NCBI RefSeq assembly: GCF_900083515.1
Contig: NZ_LT671858.1
Location: forward strand, 1,620,001-1,652,000
Direction of reading: 5' to 3'
DNA from: Cuniculiplasma divulgatum
GTDB taxonomy: Archaea; Thermoplasmatota; Thermoplasmata; Thermoplasmatales; Thermoplasmataceae
Length of the DNA: 32,000 nt
The notes beneath the pieces were generated by a model. The model did not search any database, was not told the origin of the DNA, and saw only the letters and a program-made list of their open reading frames with translations. Each line of letters starts with the position of its first letter. Positions within the stretch are counted from its first letter, which is position 1. A program made the translations under genes and the position numbers. This document shows positions 25,456 through 32,000 of the stretch, in pieces.

Positions 25456-26694
25456 ATGCATTTTTTGGTCGTGAGGACTCAAAAAACCGCAGCAGAGAAG
25501 ATTTTTTCTGAAAAGTCAGGAATGGATGCCCACTCTGGAGAATATGTATGGGCAGTTCCGGATCTGGTTTACATGCATGATGTTCTTGGCCCTTCCTCGA
25601 TTAAAGCTCTCAGGGAGATATCAGGAGGAAAGACAAGGTATAAGGGAAGGGTAATTGTTGTAAATGATCATATATTTCCTCCAAAGGATATTGAAAGCTC
25701 CAATAACATAAAAAATATGAATGAAACTTCAGAAAGTGAAGGATGGGAAACTATTCCATTTGGAGAAGGCATAGAACACACGTTGCTAATTGAAAATGGA
25801 ATAATAAAACCAGGTATGCTTGTTGTGGGTACAGATTCACATACAGTTACTGCTGGTGCAGCTGGTGCCATGGGAGTAGGTCTTGGTTCTACTGACATTG
25901 GATCTCTACTGGCAATGGGAAAACAGTGGTTCAAGGTGCCCGAAACTATACTGCTCAATGTATATGGGAGAAAGGGGAAGTACATTACTGGAAAAGACCT
26001 GATTTTAATGGTTCTAAAAGATATAGGAGTGAATGGAGCTAATTATGCTTCCATGGAATTTCATCTTCAGAAAGATACTTCTTTTAACATGGATGATGAT
26101 CTATCAATTGCAAATATGACCGTTGAAGCAGGAGCTAAAACGTGCATTGTAAAGAATTCAAGTATTTTAGAAAGTAATGAATTTCCAGAGAGCGATGCTG
26201 GTTCAGAATATACAGAAAAACAGTATGATATTTCTGAGCTGGAACCTCAGATTTCGATGCCATACTCACCCGGAAATGTAACGGATGCGAGAGAACTGGA
26301 GGGAACCGAGGTAAATCAGGTATACATCGGAAATTGCTCTAATGGCACAATAAGTGACCTGAGGGAGGCTGCTTCTGTCCTGAAGGGTAGGCGTGTTAAA
26401 AAAGATGTGAAGATGATAATTATCCCGGCAACAAGGAAAATATTCAAGCAGGCAATAAGTGAGGGGTTGATAGATATATTTATTGATTCGGGAGCAACAG
26501 TTGGGCCATCAACATGCGGGGCGTGCGCTGGTCTGCATATGGGAGTGCTTGCTGAAAATGAGGTGTGCATAACAAACATAAACAGAAATTTCAGGGGGAG
26601 AATGGGTCACCCAACAAGCAAGGTATATCTTGCAAACTCATACGTTTCAGCTGAGAGCGCAGTAAAGGGATATATACATGTGCCAGGTGAATAA
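25456..26694 (+). CDS. Aconitase-family dehydratase large subunit (3-isopropylmalate dehydratase / homoaconitase type)
   Basis: 412-aa ORF. TAAEKIFS, VGTDSHTVTAGA, YIGNCSNGT and PSTCGACAGLHMG (Fe-S cluster Cys ligands). The true start may be the internal GTG at 25471. Confidence 0.88.
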   Translation: MHFLVVRTQKTAAEKIFSEKSGMDAHSGEYVWAVPDLVYMHDVLGPSSIKALREISGGKTRYKGRVIVVNDHIFPPKDIESSNNIKNMNETSESEGWETIPFGEGIEHTLLIENGIIKPGMLVVGTDSHTVTAGAAGAMGVGLGSTDIGSLLAMGKQWFKVPETILLNVYGRKGKYITGKDLILMVLKDIGVNGANYASMEFHLQKDTSFNMDDDLSIANMTVEAGAKTCIVKNSSILESNEFPESDAGSEYTEKQYDISELEPQISMPYSPGNVTDARELEGTEVNQVYIGNCSNGTISDLREAASVLKGRRVKKDVKMIIIPATRKIFKQAISEGLIDIFIDSGATVGPSTCGACAGLHMGVLAENEVCITNINRNFRGRMGHPTSKVYLANSYVSAESAVKGYIHVPGE

Positions 26695-27166
26695 GTTGGT
26701 ATCTGTTTTTTTATTAGGAGATAATATTGATACTGACAATATTGCCCCTGGAGGATACCTGCATCTGTCCATAGAGAAGCAGGTTGAGCACTGTCTTGAA
26801 TCAATAATAGATGGTTTTTCTAACAAAGTTACAAAGGGAGATATAATAGTTGCTGGGGAAAACTTTGGTACTGGTTCCTCAAGAGAACAGGCGCCGGTTC
26901 TTCTAAAGACTATTGGGATTCAGGCCGTGTTTGCCAGAAGTTTTTCAAGATTGTTTTTCAGGAACGCAATCAATGTTGGACTGTACCCGGGAATATATAA
27001 AGGTAATATTCCATTTTCAAACGAAGAAAAAGTGAATATTGATTTCGAACATTGCAAAATAAAAGGTGATCTTGGTATTTTGCCATTCGATTCACCTAAA
27101 GGAATTCTGAAGGAAATACTTGATTCGGGCGGGATGGTTAATTACGCGAGAAAAATTATAGAATGA
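26678..27166 (+). CDS. Aconitase-family dehydratase small subunit (LeuD/HacB type)
   Basis: 162-aa ORF. LLGDNIDTDNIAPGGYL and AGENFGTGSSREQAP. It overlaps the large-subunit stop. Alternative in-frame starts are a GTG at 26687 and a TTG at 26696. Confidence 0.88.
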   Translation: MCQVNKLVSVFLLGDNIDTDNIAPGGYLHLSIEKQVEHCLESIIDGFSNKVTKGDIIVAGENFGTGSSREQAPVLLKTIGIQAVFARSFSRLFFRNAINVGLYPGIYKGNIPFSNEEKVNIDFEHCKIKGDLGILPFDSPKGILKEILDSGGMVNYARKIIE

Positions 27167-27240
27167 GTATATGAGAGGTCAATGGTTTTAGATTGCATTA
27201 TGTGAATAAGGAGAAACCAAATATTGAAATGATCTCTATG

Positions 27241-28359
27241 TTACTTTCCTGAAATTTTAGTGATTTCCACAGTGCTAAATCCGAGACTGGAAAGTATGTC
27301 AACTGTATCCTCACCAAGTTCAGGCACACGTTCTTTCCTGTTTGACGAAACTGGCACTGCTGGTAGAAAAATTTCCCTATCCCTGAATGTAACACTATTC
27401 ATCCCCTTTAAAGCATCCTCATCATCTAGAAGATTCCAAGGTTTTCTTAGGAATGAATAAACTATTTGATGCTTATCCAGTAAGTCAGAAAGCTCCTTTG
27501 AGGCGTATTTTGAAATTGTTTCAGAAAGATATGGAATCAGTGTTTTCCTGTTTTCATATCTGTCCCTGTTGGTAGCATATCTGTTAGAAATATCTTCTCC
27601 TATTCCGAATACATTGCAAAATTTCTTCCATTGCTCATCAGTCGTAACTGCAATGAATATCTTCATGTTATCTGAGGTTGGGAAAAAATCATATATCCCC
27701 CATGCGAAACCTGCCTCGTTTATTGGTAATAATTCCTTCTGATTTATCTGATATGTTGATATGTGCTGACCTATCATAAACATTGCATTTGAAAATAATG
27801 AAGAGTCTATGCTCCTACCCTTTCCAGTTTTTTCCCTCTCAAGAATTGCATCATAAATTCCTATTACTGCCATTGAAGCTGAAAACATATCTACCAGTGA
27901 AGCACCAACCCTCATTGGCCTGTCCTTTAAACCATTCATATAGGCTATCCCGGAATCTATCTCTATTGGGTAGTCAAGGGACCTCCTTCCCTCCTTTTTT
28001 CCCTTGCCATATCCTCTTATTGATACATAAATCAACCCCGGGTTTGTTTTCTTCAGATTTTGATAATCAAGTCCTAGACCCTTAAGAAAATCACTGCTGA
28101 AGTTGTCTATTACTATGTCAGAGCTGTCTATCAATCTCTTAAGTGCCTCTCTACCATCTGGAACTTTTGTGTTTATGACAACACTCCTTTTGTTTCTGTT
28201 GTAATAAGGAAATGAACCAGCACTCTCTCCAGTAAGATTTCTTGCAATGTCTCCAACACCAGGTCTTTCTACCTTAATTACTTCAAAACCCATTTCGGAA
28301 AGAATTAAGCCAGCGGTTGGACCTGCCACTATATGTCCCAGTTCAACTACTCTGTACAT
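27241..28359 (-). CDS. Family III CoA-transferase (CaiB/BaiF/Frc family)
   Basis: 372-aa ORF. N-terminal VVELGHIVAGPTAGLILSEMGFEVIKVERPGVGD is the family's typical Rossmann start. It overlaps the upstream gene by 13 nt. Confidence 0.82.
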   Translation of the reverse strand: MYRVVELGHIVAGPTAGLILSEMGFEVIKVERPGVGDIARNLTGESAGSFPYYNRNKRSVVINTKVPDGREALKRLIDSSDIVIDNFSSDFLKGLGLDYQNLKKTNPGLIYVSIRGYGKGKKEGRRSLDYPIEIDSGIAYMNGLKDRPMRVGASLVDMFSASMAVIGIYDAILEREKTGKGRSIDSSLFSNAMFMIGQHISTYQINQKELLPINEAGFAWGIYDFFPTSDNMKIFIAVTTDEQWKKFCNVFGIGEDISNRYATNRDRYENRKTLIPYLSETISKYASKELSDLLDKHQIVYSFLRKPWNLLDDEDALKGMNSVTFRDREIFLPAVPVSSNRKERVPELGEDTVDILSSLGFSTVEITKISGK

Positions 28360-29396
28360 AGATCCCTTGCCTCCTTAATTATTTCATCAGCTCCAATTAC
28401 TCTTCCCTGAGTGGCTGAAATATCCTTTACCCTCCTCATCAATAGGGACAGATCCTCCTTTGTCAGATCGATTCCTCTTCCCTCAAGAATCTTCTTCAAC
28501 ATGGATTTTCCTGTGTAAACATTCACGGAAAAGTCATTTCCCTCAAATACATCGGAAAAAGCTGCATGAGTTCCTGCTGTATGTGTATTGGTATTTTTCC
28601 CAATATTTGGAAGATTGTTTTTGAAAAAATATTCACCGGTTTTCTTTATGACAATGTCCAGAAACTCAATTGACAATCGATCAATCTTTTCAGTTTGCAA
28701 ATCGTTTGCCTCACCGATTTCCTTCAGGTATCTTGCCAGCGTGCCTGTATCAGTGATTCCGTTTCTCTCACCAAGGCCTAGAAATGTGGTATCAATTATG
28801 TCTGCCCCTGCTTCTATTCCAGCTATTGCGTTAGACACAGATAAGCCTCGATCATTGTGGCAGTGAATTTCAATCTTTGATTCTGAAACCTTTCTGGATT
28901 CGCCCACTACATTTCTGATTAATCCAGGAGTTGCCTTTCCCATGGTATCAGGGAGTTGTATTGTATCAACGCCCAGGCCTGATAGAATCTTTACAATTTT
29001 TACCAGTTGATCTGTTTTATACTGTGTTATATCTACGATACCAACTTCAACCTTCTTTCCCAGTGATAGGGCATATTTTACATTGCTGTATATTTCATCT
29101 AGAGAATCATACTTGAAAGGGAAGTGAAGAGATATATTGGCTCCAGTTGAGTCTATGAGATCAATATCTTCTTTTATTGCTCTCCCAAGTCCATAAACCT
29201 CTTGAAAATATCCCTTCTTTGTAATTTCAGATGCAACTAAAGCCTCTGATTCGTGCGCCGATGGATAGGAAACCAGTATTCTCTTCAATCCGCATTCAGA
29301 TATTTTTTTCGCAAGGTTAAGCTTTTCATCTACACTAAAACTTATCCCGGGAGCCTGCATACCTTCCCTTAGAGAATCATCAGAAATCATAGTCAA
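28347..29396 (-). CDS. DRE-TIM Claisen-condensing enzyme, short form (2-isopropylmalate / homocitrate / citramalate synthase-like, no C-terminal regulatory domain)
   Basis: 349-aa ORF. LREGMQAPG, HCHNDRGLSVSNAIAGIEAGADIIDTT and GLGERNGITD. The HxHND box points to the IPMS/HCS type rather than the HMG-CoA lyase type. Confidence 0.8.
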   Translation of the reverse strand: MTMISDDSLREGMQAPGISFSVDEKLNLAKKISECGLKRILVSYPSAHESEALVASEITKKGYFQEVYGLGRAIKEDIDLIDSTGANISLHFPFKYDSLDEIYSNVKYALSLGKKVEVGIVDITQYKTDQLVKIVKILSGLGVDTIQLPDTMGKATPGLIRNVVGESRKVSESKIEIHCHNDRGLSVSNAIAGIEAGADIIDTTFLGLGERNGITDTGTLARYLKEIGEANDLQTEKIDRLSIEFLDIVIKKTGEYFFKNNLPNIGKNTNTHTAGTHAAFSDVFEGNDFSVNVYTGKSMLKKILEGRGIDLTKEDLSLLMRRVKDISATQGRVIGADEIIKEARDLCTE

Positions 29397-29481
29397 ATAT
29401 TCGAAATATTTACTTAAATCAATACCCTAACACATTAGAATGAAATAAAAAATGAAAAGTGTTTATAAATTTTAGGAGAGT

Positions 29482-30849
29482 TTATTTTGCTATTGCTTCA
29501 ACAAACTTGTTCGTGCTCTTAGGTCCAAGTAATATGAGAACCAGTGAACAAATTATGACCAATATCCATACAAAGGTGAAGATTCCGGGGGCGTTGTGAC
29601 CCCCTATAAAGAATGCTATGAACAGCACAAGTATTGTTGTTGAAATCCTGCTTATGGAATAAACAAATCCTGCGGCGGTTGTTCTGACTCTCGTAGGAAA
29701 TATTTCTGCATTATACTGGTGCATAAAGTTCGAGAAGTTCCATAACATGAATGCAGTAAGGAAACCGAATATCACTGCCTCATCTATTCCATGTATTACC
29801 GCAAAGAATGTGCCAAAAATACCTCCCAGAACTGCGAAAAGTATGATACCCCACTTTCTTTCTATCTTATCAATTATGAATATATTGAAAACGCTTCCTA
29901 CCAAAAATCCAGAGAAAATTACTGCTGCAGCACCTAGAGGATCACTTGTAGGATATTTCACAGAAACCAGTCCTGGTGCAAAGGTTGTAAAACCATAGAA
30001 TATACCGGATTGGAAAAACATAAAGATGGCCATCATTATTGTCTGATTCCTAACATCTGGAGCAAATATTTCTTTATACTTAGATACGTGCACTGGAGCC
30101 TCTATTGTATCTGTAACTGGAGGAAGAGCTGTCAATTTTGTTTCTTTTAAAACCTCAGCCTCGATTTTATCCATCTCTTTCTTTGCTTCGTCCATTTTTC
30201 CGTGAGTAGAAAGCCATCTTGGAGACTCTTTCAATCTGAACCTTATTAACCAGACCACTATTCCAGAAGCTCCCATGAACCATAGTGGAATTCTGAACGA
30301 GTAGTATCCAAGTCCTGCAGTCAAAGCTGTGATATATATTATAAGAGGAGCAGCTGTAACTGCTATAGTATAGATGAGAGCCAACCATGCACCTCTCCTT
30401 TTCCTGACAAAGATTTCTGTTCCATAACTGTCTACCAGTGGGAATTCTCCACCCACTCCAATTCCGCCAATTAGTACAAAGACTGCAACGAGTTGCCACG
30501 AATCCATGAAACCGGCTATTATCATACCAAGCCCAAAAATCAGTTGGTTATAAAGAAACACTGCTCTTCTTCCCCTGGTATCCGCCAGTCTACCAAAAAA
30601 TATAGACCCCAAGAACTCTCCCACGAAGAAGAAAGCAGGCAAAGCATAGGTTGCTAATACAGAGGTGCTTGATATTGCAAAGTATGTTGCAACCAAACCA
30701 AGGATTGCTCCGTTACCCAGCAGCATTAAACTCTCTGCCCACTCTCCGCTCGTCAGCATAAGAGCAAATTTCACATGAAATCTGCTATATGGCAGCCTTT
30801 CCAATCTTCCGGCAATATTATTATCCGGATTCGAGTCATTTTCTACCAT
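29482..30849 (-). CDS. MFS transporter (metabolite:H+ symporter-like)
   Basis: About 12 hydrophobic segments. MFS motif A, GRLADTRGRRAV, lies between TM2 and TM3. There is a long central cytoplasmic loop. The ORF track start at 30867 is a TTG. I prefer the ATG at 30849 (MVENDS). Confidence 0.85.
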   Translation of the reverse strand: MVENDSNPDNNIAGRLERLPYSRFHVKFALMLTSGEWAESLMLLGNGAILGLVATYFAISSTSVLATYALPAFFFVGEFLGSIFFGRLADTRGRRAVFLYNQLIFGLGMIIAGFMDSWQLVAVFVLIGGIGVGGEFPLVDSYGTEIFVRKRRGAWLALIYTIAVTAAPLIIYITALTAGLGYYSFRIPLWFMGASGIVVWLIRFRLKESPRWLSTHGKMDEAKKEMDKIEAEVLKETKLTALPPVTDTIEAPVHVSKYKEIFAPDVRNQTIMMAIFMFFQSGIFYGFTTFAPGLVSVKYPTSDPLGAAAVIFSGFLVGSVFNIFIIDKIERKWGIILFAVLGGIFGTFFAVIHGIDEAVIFGFLTAFMLWNFSNFMHQYNAEIFPTRVRTTAAGFVYSISRISTTILVLFIAFFIGGHNAPGIFTFVWILVIICSLVLILLGPKSTNKFVEAIAK

Positions 30850-31101
30850 GGTGAAATAAAACTTCAACTCTATATATAGTGAGATTATAACAGGTTAGGG
30901 GTTGCGTGTGTCGTATATTATTGAATACTTATAAATATAGATAAAATTTTATTTTTTACCACTATATTCATAAATAGACTCACCAAAATAAATCTATGAT
31001 ACATGAACTAAAAATTTAGGCGCAACGGAATTAAATTGTTCTGTAATACATGGTAACTAAAATTTGCCTCTAATATGATAGAATATTTTTGAATTGATAA
31101 A

Positions 31102-31108
31102 TTTATAA
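31102..31108 (+). promoter_or_regulatory. TATA box (TTTATAA) with purine-rich upstream BRE-like context, promoter of the rps6e-aIF2gamma unit
   Basis: GATAAATTTATAAGC lies about 46 nt upstream of the rps6e ATG. This is compatible with a short leader carrying the Shine-Dalgarno site. Confidence 0.45.
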
Positions 31109-31139
31109 GCCATTTTAGTATTTCCCATAATCTTAGAAA

Positions 31140-31144
31140 GGAGG
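31140..31144 (+). promoter_or_regulatory. Shine-Dalgarno sequence (GGAGG) for rps6e
   Basis: AAAGGAGGATTAATTAAATG: GGAGG sits 9 nt upstream of the ATG at 31154. Confidence 0.7.
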
Positions 31145-31153
31145 ATTAATTAA

Positions 31154-31543
31154 ATGGCTGGAGGAAATTCGTTGGCAATCATTGCTGACAAAAAGACTGG
31201 AAAAACATACAAGAAAGAGATTAAACCTGAGAACCTTAGTCTGCTTAATGGAAGGAGAGTAGGAGAGGAAATAGATGGGATATTTTTTGAAATGCCAGGT
31301 TATAAATTAAAGATAACTGGTGGCTCTTCAATAGACGGCTTCCCTATGAAGCCTGATCTTTTCATTCAGGGAAAGAAGAGAATACTTGTGACCTATAGTA
31401 AAGGGAATAGGGGAAAAAGTGGATTAAGGGAGAGAGTTACCTTCAGGGGAGCTATTGTGGGACCAGATATTTCTCAGTTAAACTTTATTGTTACCCAATA
31501 TGGACCAGATCCACTTGAGAAGCCTGAGGAAACCAAAGAATGA
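31154..31543 (+). CDS. rps6e: 30S ribosomal protein S6e
   Basis: 129-aa [13 protein letters not shown] and [18 protein letters not shown] are typical archaeal S6e boxes. Confidence 0.92.
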   Translation: MAGGNSLAIIADKKTGKTYKKEIKPENLSLLNGRRVGEEIDGIFFEMPGYKLKITGGSSIDGFPMKPDLFIQGKKRILVTYSKGNRGKSGLRERVTFRGAIVGPDISQLNFIVTQYGPDPLEKPEETKE

Positions 31544-32000
31544 GCAATCAGTTGCCACAGCCTGTGGTAAATATAGGAATGGTAGGTCACGTAGATCATG
31601 GTAAGAGTACACTTACAAAGGCATTAACTGGTAAGAAAACAGATATACATTCAGAAGAGATAAAGAGAGGGATATCCATAAAGCTGGGATACGCTGATAC
31701 TCCAGTGTATATATGTGAAAATGGAGAAAAAGTTTATTCCAATAAACCAGTTAATGAAAATTGTAAACTTGAGCGTGTTATTTCTTTTGTAGATGCTCCT
31801 GGCCATGAAACTCTGATGGCGACAATGCTTTCCGGTTCGTCTATTATGGATGGTGCACTTTTAGTTGTTGCAGCCAATGAAAAATGTCCCCAGCCTCAAA
31901 CAAGAGAACATCTAACTGCACTGGAAATAATGGGAATAAAGAATATAATAATTATTCAAAACAAGATTGACCTTGTTACTAGAGAAAGAGCACTGGAGAA
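31540..32000 (+). CDS. eif2g: Translation initiation factor aIF2 gamma subunit, partial (N-terminal about 153 aa; continues past window end)
   Basis: Manual translation from the ATG at 31540, which overlaps the rps6e TGA as ATGA. It reads [31 protein letters not shown]...[17 protein letters not shown]...IIQNKIDLV, carrying GTPase motifs G1, G3 and G4. Not in the ORF track because it is truncated. Confidence 0.9.
   Translation, partial: MSNQLPQPVVNIGMVGHVDHGKSTLTKALTGKKTDIHSEEIKRGISIKLGYADTPVYICENGEKVYSNKPVNENCKLERVISFVDAPGHETLMATMLSGSSIMDGALLVVAANEKCPQPQTREHLTALEIMGIKNIIIIQNKIDLVTRERALE

Noticed and set aside
1-32000. Search by eye for tRNA/rRNA genes, CRISPR repeat arrays, IS elements, transposases or integrases, and long tandem repeats
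   Set aside because: All spacers are AT-rich, with no GC-rich cloverleaf-like segments and no regularly spaced repeats. No ORF has transposase or integrase motifs.

Overview
AT-rich, tightly packed archaeal chromosome segment. Archaeal hallmarks are ribosomal protein S6e overlapping aIF2-gamma, a Kae1-Bud32 fusion, an HTH_10/Bat-type regulator, and TATA boxes about 25 nt upstream of start codons. My inference is a Thermoplasmata/Thermoplasmatales-like organism; this was not verified by any search. I support 29 protein-coding genes, two of them truncated by the window edges. I found no tRNA, rRNA, CRISPR array, transposase or integrase. Two regions stand out. (1) Positions 562-15559 hold about 12 genes whose families are best known from bacterial peptidoglycan and muropeptide recycling and D-amino-acid handling. 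They are a DUF1343/NamZ-type exo-muramidase, an S66 LD-carboxypeptidase, a giant membrane-anchored family-5 oligopeptide-binding protein, a PBP4/S13 D-Ala-D-Ala carboxypeptidase homolog without a signal peptide, GNAT acyltransferases, an Ntn amidohydrolase, an amidase-signature enzyme, and a complete GNAT + N-succinylamino-acid racemase + M20 hydrolase module for D-to-L amino acid conversion. (2) Positions 17418-18879 hold an overlapping DprA/SLOG-like plus ComF-like phosphoribosyltransferase gene pair (ShosTA-like toxin-antitoxin/defense, or ssDNA handling). It follows the longest non-coding stretch in the window (about 765 bp). The rest is housekeeping or metabolism: aldo-keto reductase, spermidine synthase, RdgB/HAM1, a NodC/HAS-like processive GT2, pirin, LeuCD-type dehydratase, a family III CoA-transferase, an IPMS/homocitrate-synthase-like enzyme, and an MFS transporter. 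All functional calls come from motif recognition by eye on the supplied translations. No database search was run.
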